From contig JAFROL010000013.1 of the NCBI GenBank assembly GCA_017429685.1, forward strand, positions 31,994-95,993: DNA of 64,000 bases. Direction: 5' to 3'. This document shows, piece by piece, positions 37,748 to 46,640 of the stretch. This DNA is from Bacteroidales bacterium (GTDB lineage Bacteria; Bacteroidota; Bacteroidia; Bacteroidales; P3). The position numbers and the translations under genes were made by a program. Position 1 is the stretch's first letter. Each line of letters opens with the position of its first letter. A model generated the notes under the pieces. It saw nothing but the letters and a program-made list of their open reading frames with translations, did no database searches and was not told the DNA's origin.

Positions 37748-40700
37748 CTAATGCTCCGACGCCTCCAATCCCTCGTACTCCCTTGTCGACTCCTTGACGT
37801 TGGCTTCGAGCGACTCGCGAATCATCCTCTTCAGTCTCAACACTTGCTCGTCGACATCTTTGCGTTTTGACGGACGGTACAGATTCTTGTATCGGAGCTT
37901 GGGCGATACGGCAAAGTTCAGTTTCGGCATCGTTCCAAGCACATCGACTGCAAGGCGCACTGGCAGCGGACTTTGGACTATCTCGACGTGATAGTCGTAG
38001 TTGTTGCTCAGGCTGTGTCGGCCTTCGGCCACAATCTGGTATTTGTGCAGCGACAGCAGGAATGGGTACACTTCCAGTTCCTTCCGGAACACTGTCATCG
38101 CCACATCCAGGCTGTCGACGTGGATCTTCGAGTCGTCCTCGCGCCACGATTTCAGCTGCAGCAGTTTGGCAATCCGGTCTATATCCTTGTTGTCGAGCAC
38201 CACAAGGTTCTGGCCCGTCAGGGCGGCAGCACCGCGCAGGGTGCTCATCTTGGGCTGGTAGAAAGCGTTGACGTATGTCTCCGCACACAGATGGAAGTCG
38301 GCATTGCCCTCCAGGTCGTTCAGCAGTGGCACAAGGGTGTCGACATAAGGTATCATCTCTATGAGCTCCTGTATGTTGATGTCGAGCAGATGGAAGTCCA
38401 TACCGACAAAGATATGGTTCACCCTCGGCGTGCGGTACATACCCGTCAGCTGCATCCTGGCGGCTTTGCAGACAAAACCCACCTGGTTCAGCACCGCCAC
38501 ACCGTCCCTGATTTGCACGTCGCCGGCCACCTCGCGCAGGTCGTTGTCGAAAGCGCGGGCCTCTTTGATACGGGTGTGGAGAGTGAAGTCCACATCCTTC
38601 GGCACAATGAACGGATGCGCCGACGTGTCCACATTGTCTTCCTTGCGCTGGGCCTCCAACGTGTCGGCATCGCTACCTAAGCCACTAAGCGCATCGAGAA
38701 GGTCGTCGACATTCGTGTAGTTCGACGTGAAATAGAGGTCGCCCTTCAGCATATCCTCGTGGCTGAGCCATTTTTCCAAGCCCGTCACCGCTCCCGACAG
38801 GTAGAAGTCGGAATTGCCGAAAACGATGTTGGCATTGGCGATCTCGCAACGCTCAGGCTTGTAGTTGAACTTGATGTCGGGAATCTGGACCATATAGTCG
38901 AACTGTTCCAGGTCGATGTATCCGCGCTTGAAATCGATGTCCAGGTCGGGCGACCACTGCTGCAGGGTGTTAGGCTTCGACGGGTCGTAGTTGGCACCAC
39001 CCTTGATGGTCAGACCAGCCAAATCCACCGTGGTGCTGTCGTCGAGGTCGCAATGCAGCGCGCTGCTGGTGAAATCGATCTTGTACTTCACCTTGTCGCT
39101 CTCCTTCGACACCGGCACCATAGCAAAAGTGCCCTTCGGACTGCTCACCGAGGCCTTGATGCTGTCCATCGAGCCCTTGAGCGACGCAAAGTCGAAATCG
39201 CACACCACGCGGAACGGCAGCGTCGTGTCGAAGATGTCGCTTATGGCGGCCGTCAGGCGCGTCTCGCCTATCGTGCCGTCAATCTTGTTGTTCGGCAGCT
39301 GCGCATCGATGCCGCTGGCCGTGATGGTGGCCGAAAGCAGCTCGCCGAACAGGCCGCGCTTCATCTTGCTGGGCATCTGCACGTTGATGTTGCCTTTCGG
39401 GATTTTGGCATAGATGGTGTCATATTCGTAATTGACATCAGTCAGCCCGATATTGCCCGAAAGCTTCATCTTGGCAAAATCGCCCTTCTGCAGTTGTTCC
39501 AGGTTGGTCTGGGCCTTCAGGTTCAGGTTGGCGCGTCCTTCGAGCTTCATATCCAGGTCGGCGGGCATCATCGGCTTTGCATCGGGCAGATACACAACAC
39601 CTTTGACCGTGGCGTCGGTGTTCATCTTACCCAGCAGGTCGGCGACATTGCCGCTCACCTCTATGTTGTTGCGGCCCGTGCGGGCAGCTATCTTGGTGAT
39701 TTGCACATTGCTGACGCCATTCTCGTTCAGATTCAGGTCGGCATTGAGGTCGGCACTTATGTCGGTCAACTTGTAGGGTAAGATGCTTTTGTCGTAGAAA
39801 CGTCCCGAATTCAGCTTCAGGTTGGCCGTCACAAGGGGCAGCACCGTGTCCGACAGGCGGCCAGCCACCTTTCCCGTAATCGTCGCAACGGCATCGAGGT
39901 CCATACCCTTCTGCCATTCAGTGAATTGCTTCGGCAGCATCGCCAGCAGCTGATTCACGCCCCAGTTGCCTGTGGCGAAATTCAAATCCATCGTCATCGG
40001 CTCGTCGTCGTTGGGCAAATCGACCACCCCGTCAACCGTCAAAACATAGTTCAACAGATTGACCGTCAGCTTCTCGGCCTTCACTTGCCCGCTTTCCAGG
40101 TCGCCGTTCAGCTTCCCTTCAACGACAAGCAGGTCGTCGACAGCGCGCATACCTTCCTTAACCACTTCGTTGACAAACTCCTGCCCGTTCAGCGTCAGGC
40201 AGTCGGCCTTGACCTTCAGCAGCACATCGCCGTCAAACTGGCTCTGCTTCGTGTCGCCGTCAATTTTCAGCACGATATCCTTCAGCGACGCATTCATATT
40301 GCTGCTGTCGCCATCGACGAGCATAGCGACACTGTCAATGTCCAGCCGCACTTTGGCATCGATACTGTTGGTCTCGTATTTGCCGTCGACAGCCAAATTC
40401 AGGTTGTCCAACGTGGCCGTCGTGTTCAACGCCTCGTTCAAGTAAGAGGCTCCAAATTTCTTTATCTTAATGCTTTTCAGCGACACCAATTCCGGCATCT
40501 CGAAAGGTTCCGAAGCCGTGGTGTCCTCGTCCGACGACGGGAAAATATCATAGTTCGACTTGCCCTCCTTGTTGGTATAGAGGTTGGCCGCCACATCGTC
40601 GACAACCAACTTGGTGACCTCGATATTCTTGTTTTTCAGATACTCACGCAGGTTGATACCCACACCCACCGAACCGATGCGCGCCAGCGTGTCGCTCCCA

Positions 40701-41008
40701 GCGCCCTCCATCGGATTGACCAGCGAAACGCCCTGGACCTCAAGTCCCACATACGGGAAAGTCTTGAAGAGCGTCAGGTCTACATCGTCGAATTTGCTTT
40801 CGCACAGTATAAACTTGTCCGACAGCTTGTTGACAATCGATGTCAAGCGCGTCGGAGTCAGCACAAGCCAAAGAGCCACAATAGCGACGACAATCACCAA
40901 GCCCAAGACCGAGCACAACGAAACGAGGGCTATCTTCCACCCTTTCTTCATCCCTTTCTTTTTCTTTTGCGGCTGTTCGCCGGCCATATTCAAATTGTCC
41001 TCTGCCAT
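37748..41008 (-). CDS. AsmA family / AsmA-like large envelope protein
   Basis: 1086 aa with a single N-terminal TM segment followed by a long beta-rich repetitive region. The size and layout match Bacteroidota AsmA-like proteins. Confidence 0.65.
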   Translation of the reverse strand: MAEDNLNMAGEQPQKKKKGMKKGWKIALVSLCSVLGLVIVVAIVALWLVLTPTRLTSIVNKLSDKFILCESKFDDVDLTLFKTFPYVGLEVQGVSLVNPMEGAGSDTLARIGSVGVGINLREYLKNKNIEVTKLVVDDVAANLYTNKEGKSNYDIFPSSDEDTTASEPFEMPELVSLKSIKIKKFGASYLNEALNTTATLDNLNLAVDGKYETNSIDAKVRLDIDSVAMLVDGDSSNMNASLKDIVLKIDGDTKQSQFDGDVLLKVKADCLTLNGQEFVNEVVKEGMRAVDDLLVVEGKLNGDLESGQVKAEKLTVNLLNYVLTVDGVVDLPNDDEPMTMDLNFATGNWGVNQLLAMLPKQFTEWQKGMDLDAVATITGKVAGRLSDTVLPLVTANLKLNSGRFYDKSILPYKLTDISADLNADLNLNENGVSNVQITKIAARTGRNNIEVSGNVADLLGKMNTDATVKGVVYLPDAKPMMPADLDMKLEGRANLNLKAQTNLEQLQKGDFAKMKLSGNIGLTDVNYEYDTIYAKIPKGNINVQMPSKMKRGLFGELLSATITASGIDAQLPNNKIDGTIGETRLTAAISDIFDTTLPFRVVCDFDFASLKGSMDSIKASVSSPKGTFAMVPVSKESDKVKYKIDFTSSALHCDLDDSTTVDLAGLTIKGGANYDPSKPNTLQQWSPDLDIDFKRGYIDLEQFDYMVQIPDIKFNYKPERCEIANANIVFGNSDFYLSGAVTGLEKWLSHEDMLKGDLYFTSNYTNVDDLLDALSGLGSDADTLEAQRKEDNVDTSAHPFIVPKDVDFTLHTRIKEARAFDNDLREVAGDVQIRDGVAVLNQVGFVCKAARMQLTGMYRTPRVNHIFVGMDFHLLDINIQELIEMIPYVDTLVPLLNDLEGNADFHLCAETYVNAFYQPKMSTLRGAAALTGQNLVVLDNKDIDRIAKLLQLKSWREDDSKIHVDSLDVAMTVFRKELEVYPFLLSLHKYQIVAEGRHSLSNNYDYHVEIVQSPLPVRLAVDVLGTMPKLNFAVSPKLRYKNLYRPSKRKDVDEQVLRLKRMIRESLEANVKESTREYEGLEASEH

Positions 41009-41376
41009 CAGTTAACCCTATTAAAAGTATAAGTGGAATCAAAACGGTCGGTATACGACAACGTGTTATTGTCCAACACCTTAAGCGTGTACGATTTCGG
41101 AATCACGCCACCCATCTCCATCTGGTGCATATGCGTCAGGCGGTTGTTCTCGCCGTCAAACTCCCACTTGAAAGGCTGCGCCTCATCCTCGTGCACATCG
41201 TCAGCTTCGTCCCAAGTGGCGCCAGTGCCGTCGGCGTCATAGCGCCAGAATTCCTGTCCGGCAACCCATTTGCCGGCAATCAGGTCAATGTCGAACTGCT
41301 TTTTCTTTTCGCCACAAGCAGCAAGCAGCAGCGTGGCGGCAACAAAAACCAATATTTTTCTTCTCCGACTTTTCAT
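41008..41376 (-). CDS. small lipoprotein, hypothetical (lipocalin-like size)
   Basis: 122 aa with the lipobox LLLAAC. Its stop overlaps the AsmA-like start (TGATG). Confidence 0.55.
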   Translation of the reverse strand: MKSRRRKILVFVAATLLLAACGEKKKQFDIDLIAGKWVAGQEFWRYDADGTGATWDEADDVHEDEAQPFKWEFDGENNRLTHMHQMEMGGVIPKSYTLKVLDNNTLSYTDRFDSTYTFNRVN

Positions 41377-41405
41377 CGTTTTTCAACCACTAACGAATTA
41401 ACAAA

Positions 41406-41933
41406 TTAACACACTTTATAAATGTCTTTATAGAACCTTCCAAAGTTGTCATAGTCGAGGCCGTAACCAAGTATGAAATCGTTTGGTATAGAGCGTCCGA
41501 CATAGTCTATCTTAAAGTTCTTCTTGAAGCTGTCAGGCTTGTAGAGGAACGAGGCAATATAGATGCCTGCAGGTTCCATCTTGCGCAGCTCTTCAAGCAT
41601 TGCCTCCATCGTGATGCCCGTGTCGACAATATCCTCCACAATCACCACATAGCGCCCCTTGCACTTGGCCGGAAACGGCAGTTCGGTCCTCACCTTGCCC
41701 GTGCTGCTCATACCACTATAAGAACTGTATTTGACGAAATAAGTCTCGGCATCGAAGTCCAGCGCGCGCGCCAGGTCGGTCATAAACATAAAGGCCCCCG
41801 TAAGGGTCGGACAAAACAGCGGGTTCTTGTCCTTCAGGTCGCGCGAAATCTCAGCAGCAACCCTGTCCACCTCGCGCTTTATCTCAGCCTCGGTCATATA
41901 TAGCTCGAAATTTTTATCGTGTACTGTTATCAT
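41406..41933 (-). CDS. hpt: hypoxanthine phosphoribosyltransferase
   Basis: 175 aa with the PRPP motif VVIVEDIVDTGITM and a C-terminal GYGLDY. Confidence 0.9.
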   Translation of the reverse strand: MITVHDKNFELYMTEAEIKREVDRVAAEISRDLKDKNPLFCPTLTGAFMFMTDLARALDFDAETYFVKYSSYSGMSSTGKVRTELPFPAKCKGRYVVIVEDIVDTGITMEAMLEELRKMEPAGIYIASFLYKPDSFKKNFKIDYVGRSIPNDFILGYGLDYDNFGRFYKDIYKVC

Positions 41934-41934
41934 C

Positions 41935-42043
41935 GATAATTCGTTAATTCGTTAATTTTTCAATTTGTTAGTCATTTACGTTATTCGTTATTCGTTCTTC
42001 GTTCTCCGTTCTTCGTTCTCCGTTCTTCGTTCTCCGTTCCCCT
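41935..42043. repeat. composite octamer (GTTAATTC type) plus nine-heptad (TTCTCCG/TTCTTCG) array filling the hpt-FGE spacer
   Basis: Octamers span 41935-41974 and heptads span 41981-42043. On the minus strand the array reads GGAGAACGAAGAAC... starting at the stop of the upstream gene. Confidence 0.9.
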
Positions 42044-43118
42044 ACTCTTCCTCCGGCTCCTCCACTGAGTCAAGCACCAGGCGGAAACCGTGGAAACCAT
42101 AACCATAGTCCGGCTGGTACCAGCTGCGGTCGCTGACCGTGCAGCCCCACGACGGACTGTTCAGGCTGCCGCCACGCAAAATGCGGCTGTCGCCGTGCTT
42201 CGGACCACGCGGATTGGTCTGATCCTCACTGCTGTAGGCACCATACCAGTCCGAGCACCACTCCCACACATTGCCAGCCATATCGTGCAAACCCAGCTCG
42301 TTGGGCTTCTTGCGGCCCACAGGATGCGTGTAGTTGCCCGAATTCATACCGTACCACGCCACAGCTCCCGGATCGCCGTCCTGGCCCGGATACACATAGC
42401 CCTTCGACAGGTTGCCACCACGGGCGGCAAACTCCCACTCGGCCTCGGTAGGCAGGCGGAAACGGTAGCCCGTCATCTGCGACAGGCGCGCAATGAACAT
42501 CTGAACGTCGTTCCACGACACCTGCTCCACAGGCAGACTGTCGTTGTATGTCCAGCGGCTCGGATTGTCGCCCATCACCTCCTTCCACAGGCGCTGCGTG
42601 ACCTCGAACTTGCCCATATAGAACGAATCGACCGTGACCTTATGTGTCGGAAATTCAGCCTCATAGTTATGCTTCGCACTCCGCGGACGCGTGCAGCCCA
42701 TAGTGAAAGTGCCGCCAGCGACAGGCATCATCCTGAACTTCATATTGTTCACCTTGATGTCCACCGAACCGTCGTCGACCTCCACCGAAAAGCGAATCAG
42801 CGTGTCCGAGGCATTAAAACCCGTCGAATCAGGCTCATAGGGCAGCAGGCGCAAGTCGGGCAAGTCGTAGACAATAATCTTCTTGCCCTTGCCGGCCTTC
42901 ACATCCTTGCCGATATCGCCAGCCATATTCTCAATATAGCCGCCGTAATAGCGACCGCCGTCAATCGACACACACACCCTTATGTTGGCATCCTTGCTCA
43001 GATCGTAGGTCAGCGTGACCTCCTTGTCCTGACGGGTGAAAGCAACATTCGATATATTTTGCGCGCCCGCGAGGCCGCAAAACGAAAGCATCGTACAGAG
43101 TAAGAATCTAAATTTCAT
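42042..43118 (-). CDS. formylglycine-generating enzyme (SUMF1) family protein with N-terminal extra domain
   Basis: 358 aa with a signal peptide and the FGE-sulfatase motifs RLPTEAEWEFAARGG, GNVWEWCSDWY and RILRGGS. Confidence 0.85.
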   Translation of the reverse strand: MKFRFLLCTMLSFCGLAGAQNISNVAFTRQDKEVTLTYDLSKDANIRVCVSIDGGRYYGGYIENMAGDIGKDVKAGKGKKIIVYDLPDLRLLPYEPDSTGFNASDTLIRFSVEVDDGSVDIKVNNMKFRMMPVAGGTFTMGCTRPRSAKHNYEAEFPTHKVTVDSFYMGKFEVTQRLWKEVMGDNPSRWTYNDSLPVEQVSWNDVQMFIARLSQMTGYRFRLPTEAEWEFAARGGNLSKGYVYPGQDGDPGAVAWYGMNSGNYTHPVGRKKPNELGLHDMAGNVWEWCSDWYGAYSSEDQTNPRGPKHGDSRILRGGSLNSPSWGCTVSDRSWYQPDYGYGFHGFRLVLDSVEEPEEE

Positions 43119-43156
43119 ACCTTTATCTTATTTGATGGCACTTGTATCCAAAATTG

Positions 43157-43164
43157 CAAATATA
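43157..43164 (-). promoter_or_regulatory. candidate -7 promoter box TATATTTG (minus strand)
   Basis: The plus strand reads CAAATATA. It is 39 nt upstream of the ATG at 43118. Confidence 0.4.
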
Positions 43165-43298
43165 CAAAAAAAATCAATATCCGTTGCCAAAAAACCAAAA
43201 AACACACAGAAAAAAAACCAGACCGCCCTACCACAAGGACCTCAAAGCCGGAAACCGTCCACAAAACGCATCCGCAAACCACTGACTGACAGTACCCT

Positions 43299-43405
43299 CT
43301 TCGCCCGTTGTACGGTATATGTACGGTATATGTACGGTATTTGTACGCTTCGAAAGCGTACAAATACCGTACATATACCGTACATATACCGTACAACGGG
43401 CGAAG
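43299..43405. repeat. GTAC-iteron palindrome, copy 2 (perfect)
   Basis: The sequence is CGCCCGTTGTACGGTATATGTACGGTATATGTACGGTATTTGTACGCTT-cga-inverted copy. The arms pair perfectly over 52 bp (43299-43350 with 43354-43405). The units are 11 nt. It lies about 95 nt past the nrdG stop. Confidence 0.95.
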
Positions 43406-43497
43406 GAGGTGTTAAGGATCAGCCGTTTAGGTGGTGTGAATTATGGCCGGCATTCCAGCTCGCTGGCAGGGCACAGAATATGGTGTACCCCCCAGAT

Positions 43498-43962
43498 TCA
43501 TTTGCGCCAGAAAAGCGAGGTGATGTCCTGCATCGCGCCGTCGCTGACGCGATAGAGCCGCTGGTTGGTCTTGGGATTGCGCAGGTTGCCCAGATGCGCA
43601 AGGTAGGGTCCGAGCTTGACATAGTCGAAATTGCGGAGGTCGACAGCCTTCGAAAGCAACGAACGGCCACTGTACCAGGCTGTCCGCAGCCACGGATAGC
43701 GCTGCCGCAGATGCTGCATCAGACCGTCGACCTCGTCGGGATGGGCATCGCCACCCATAACGGCAACACAGGTGATGTTGCCGTCGCAGCGGTCGACAAG
43801 GCTGTCGACGGCGTCGGTCGTCAGAGGCTGCCCGTCGTCGCGCCAAAGGTATGGCGAATGGCATCCGGGGCAACGGCAGGGGCATCCGCTGACGTTGACG
43901 GCAAGGGCCACTTCGCCAGGAATCTCCTGAAACACTATGTCGCTATTGGTGTATTTGAGCAC
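43498..43962 (-). CDS. nrdG: anaerobic ribonucleoside-triphosphate reductase activating protein
   Basis: It has the radical-SAM cluster motif CPCRCPGCHS. I trimmed the start to the GTG at 43962 (MLKYTNSDIVFQEIP...), because the upstream part of ORF 43498..44046 is encoded by the heptad repeat. Confidence 0.8.
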   Translation of the reverse strand: MLKYTNSDIVFQEIPGEVALAVNVSGCPCRCPGCHSPYLWRDDGQPLTTDAVDSLVDRCDGNITCVAVMGGDAHPDEVDGLMQHLRQRYPWLRTAWYSGRSLLSKAVDLRNFDYVKLGPYLAHLGNLRNPKTNQRLYRVSDGAMQDITSLFWRK

Positions 43963-43987
43963 GGGATATTGGTTAACGCGTTTGTCA

Positions 43988-44067
43988 GTGACCAGTGACC
44001 AGTGACCAGTGACCAGTGATACGAGCGCGTTCGTGTCACAGGTCACTATTCACCATTCACTATTCAC
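43988..44067. repeat. heptad arrays in the nrdD-nrdG spacer
   Basis: (GTGACCA)x4 plus GTGATAC on the plus strand (43988-44022). On the minus strand, five GTGA at a 7-nt pitch (TCAC at 44036, 43, 50, 57 and 64 on plus). The first of these contains the nrdD stop codon. There is a central imperfect hairpin. Confidence 0.9.
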
Positions 44068-46163
44068 AGGTTGGCTGTGGCGTAGTGGCGGCGGGCAGCC
44101 TCCTCCTGGCGAGGCATCGAGAAGTTGCTGACACGCTTCAGGTAGCCGATGATGCGCGTCATATAGTCGACATTCTTGGAATGGCAGTGCGGACACTCCT
44201 TGAGGTAGCGCTTGTCGATGTGGCCACAGTCGTTGCAGATGGTGTTGGGAATGTTGAAAGTGAAATAGTTACAGCCTTCCTTGGCAGCCACGTGCAGCAA
44301 TTTCAGGTACTGCTCCTGCGACAGGTGCTCCTCGAGGTTGCAGTGCAGCGCGCTGCCTCCGGTGAGATGCTCGATGTAGGGCTTGCCGTGGAGACGGAAT
44401 TTTTCGAGCACAGAGATGGATGGGTCTTCGACGATGTAGAAATAGCTGTTGTAGCAGTCGCGCGGGACGAAGTAGCCGTCCTCGCGGTCCCATTTGGCGT
44501 GCTTCACACCGACATTCTCGGCGGGAATCATCTCGCAGTTGAACATCACCTCCTTGGTGCGGTACTCCTTGTTCTTCTGCTCGACCAGCCCGAGCACGGT
44601 CTGGACGAAGTTTCGGTAGTCGGGGTTATCGTTGATAGTGAGACCCATAAACTCGGCGGCTTCAACCAATCCGTTAACTCCGATGGTGAGGTACTGGCGG
44701 TTGATGTTGATATAGCCGGCATCGAAAAGGGGCAGCATTCCGTGCGACGCGAGCTCCTTGAGGTTCTCGTTGTAGGCCAACTGCACCTTGTGGCACAGGT
44801 CGATGATGTCGGTGAGGAACTCGCGATAGTCCTTCTTGTTGTTGACGGCATACTGTATGCAGCGGTTCAGGTTGATGGTGAGAACGCTTTTGGAGCCCGT
44901 CGAGACGCCGCCGGCGCCAAGGGTGTAGCTGAAGCCGTTGTCGGTGATTTCGTTACGCAGACGGCAGCAGCTGCTGAGCGAGTCGGCGTTGTCGCTCATA
45001 TAGGTGAAGAAACTGTGGCCCGCAGCGTACATCTCGGCGGTGAAGTCGGCCATCTCGGGGTCGACCATCTCGCCGTCCTTGCTGAGCAGCGCCATCGTTT
45101 CGACAGGGAAGGTGAGCACGGCCTTGGTGCGCTCCTCGTTGAACCAGCGCATAAAGCGCTTCTGCAGCCACTTGAGGCCTTCCCAGTCGGGTGCGCTGCC
45201 GTCGGGGAAACGGAACTCGCCGAAGAGGCTGTCGAAATAGGGCTTGTCGTAATAGGCTATGTTCCAGAACACGGCCTGATAGTTGCGTGCGCCGGTGGGC
45301 TGGTTGAGGGTGTAGACGATCTGCTCGAAGCAGTCGGTGATGACCTTGTCGAGCGTGCGGTGCTTGAGGCTGAGGTCGACCACCTGGTCGGCGCGGGTGT
45401 AGTAGTCGGTGCCGTAGTCCTTGCCGATGAAGTAGTTGAGGTACATCAGGAATTCGGGCGTGGCGCAAGCTCCGCTGAGCATACTGCTGACCATAAAGAC
45501 CATATTGACGAATCCGCCGCAGAAGGACTTGAGGTTGGTGGGCGCCGTCGAGTTGCCGCCGATTGAGGCTGTGCCGCTGAGCAGCCAGGGATACATCGTG
45601 ATGCTGGCGCAATAGTTGGCCAGCGATGTCTCGTCGTTCTTGTAGATGAAATGGTGTGTAAGCAGCTCTATATACCTATCGGCCAGCTCTTTGCCGAACA
45701 TCGCCTTGATGCGGTCGGTGAGCAGGCGGCGGTTGAGGCGGATGAACCCCGACTTGGGCAGTTCGCCGATAAGTGTGGCGATGTTCTTGTGCTCGACATT
45801 GGCGTTGGCGTCGTATTTTGAGCCTGTGGCGGCATTGGCAGCCTGGCAGTACTCGGAGAGGAACTTCATCTTCTCCATCGTCTCGCGGTCCTCGGTGTGG
45901 CGCTGCCGGTAGAGCATAAAACTTTTGGCGACATCGAAATACTGCTCTTTCATCAGTGCCACTTCGACCTGGTTCTGAATCTCTTCGACGGTGATGCCAT
46001 TGTGGATGTCGAGATGGGTCAGGATTTTGGACAGGGCACCCAGGTCGACAGGCTTGTCGAGCGAATTGAAGGCTTTGATGACGGCGTTCATTATCTTGTC
46101 GAGCGAGAAGCGTTCGGCATTTCCGTCACGCTTGGTGATTGTCAGTATATTGCTACTTTCCAT
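44064..46163 (-). CDS. nrdD: anaerobic ribonucleoside-triphosphate reductase
   Basis: 699 aa with an ATP-cone-like N-terminus, a C-terminal Zn ribbon (CNDCGH...CPHCHS) and the glycyl-radical tail RIIGYLKRVSNF. Confidence 0.95.
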   Translation of the reverse strand: MESSNILTITKRDGNAERFSLDKIMNAVIKAFNSLDKPVDLGALSKILTHLDIHNGITVEEIQNQVEVALMKEQYFDVAKSFMLYRQRHTEDRETMEKMKFLSEYCQAANAATGSKYDANANVEHKNIATLIGELPKSGFIRLNRRLLTDRIKAMFGKELADRYIELLTHHFIYKNDETSLANYCASITMYPWLLSGTASIGGNSTAPTNLKSFCGGFVNMVFMVSSMLSGACATPEFLMYLNYFIGKDYGTDYYTRADQVVDLSLKHRTLDKVITDCFEQIVYTLNQPTGARNYQAVFWNIAYYDKPYFDSLFGEFRFPDGSAPDWEGLKWLQKRFMRWFNEERTKAVLTFPVETMALLSKDGEMVDPEMADFTAEMYAAGHSFFTYMSDNADSLSSCCRLRNEITDNGFSYTLGAGGVSTGSKSVLTINLNRCIQYAVNNKKDYREFLTDIIDLCHKVQLAYNENLKELASHGMLPLFDAGYININRQYLTIGVNGLVEAAEFMGLTINDNPDYRNFVQTVLGLVEQKNKEYRTKEVMFNCEMIPAENVGVKHAKWDREDGYFVPRDCYNSYFYIVEDPSISVLEKFRLHGKPYIEHLTGGSALHCNLEEHLSQEQYLKLLHVAAKEGCNYFTFNIPNTICNDCGHIDKRYLKECPHCHSKNVDYMTRIIGYLKRVSNFSMPRQEEAARRHYATANL

Positions 46164-46322
46164 TTATAATGTATTTTTTTCATTTTTACACAAAAAAGAG
46201 TTCAGCGGACCCTCCTTACGGACTTGGTTTGCTGGCTGTGCGACAAAAGCTTGCATATGGGGCTGCGACGGCGAAAACGGACGACGAGGACAATTGGCTT
46301 TTGGCGCGAAAGCATTGTCGTT

Positions 46323-46500
46323 GGTCGAGGCCGGTCTCCTGGCTTGTCCGACGGGCAACGCCTTCTCGGACCCATCGGTCCAATGGCTGTTGTTGCCCCA
46401 CGTGGGTGAACAGACTCCCCCACCCGACATCACAGTTGCGCGACAGCTCGCGAATTGCACGCGATTCCCTCCCCGACAGATGCGGGGCTTTTCCTCGACC
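46323..46500 (-). promoter_or_regulatory. cobalamin (B12) riboswitch aptamer
   Basis: On the minus strand, the 5' half of P1 (GGTCGAGG) is followed by GGGGAGGGAATCGCGTGCAATTCGCGAGCTGTCGCGCAACTGTGA, then AGCCATTGG...GGGTCCGAGAAGGCG, then the B12 box AAGCCAGGAGACCGGCC and the 3' half of P1 (CCTCGACC). These segments line up with the E. coli btuB leader motifs as I recall them. Confidence 0.85.
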
Positions 46501-46576
46501 TACAAAAGTGTCAAAGTACTCATTAAGAATGAATAGTGGCATTTTTTGCCTCTATAGGCCTCTTGTTTTGACAATG

Positions 46577-46584
46577 CAAAAGTA
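46577..46584 (-). promoter_or_regulatory. candidate -7 promoter box TACTTTTG (minus strand) for the riboswitch-nrdDG transcript
   Basis: The plus strand reads CAAAAGTA. It is about 75 nt upstream of the riboswitch P1. Confidence 0.4.
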
Positions 46585-46640
46585 CTACAAATAGGCGTAC
46601 GCGGCAAATAAAGTTCTCAACGCAGGGTGTTGATAAGTTA

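Noticed and set aside
43963-44046. N-terminal extension of nrdG (MTCDTNALVSLVTGHWSLVTDKRVNQYP)
   Set aside because: It is encoded by the GTGACCA heptad array. NrdG homologues begin close to MLKY...DIVFQEIP, which fits the GTG at 43962.
46139-46594. ORFs of 61-181 aa on both strands between nrdD and the 12-nt repeats
   Set aside because: The region is explained by the cobalamin riboswitch and its expression platform. The translations are Arg/Pro/Gly-rich with no motifs.
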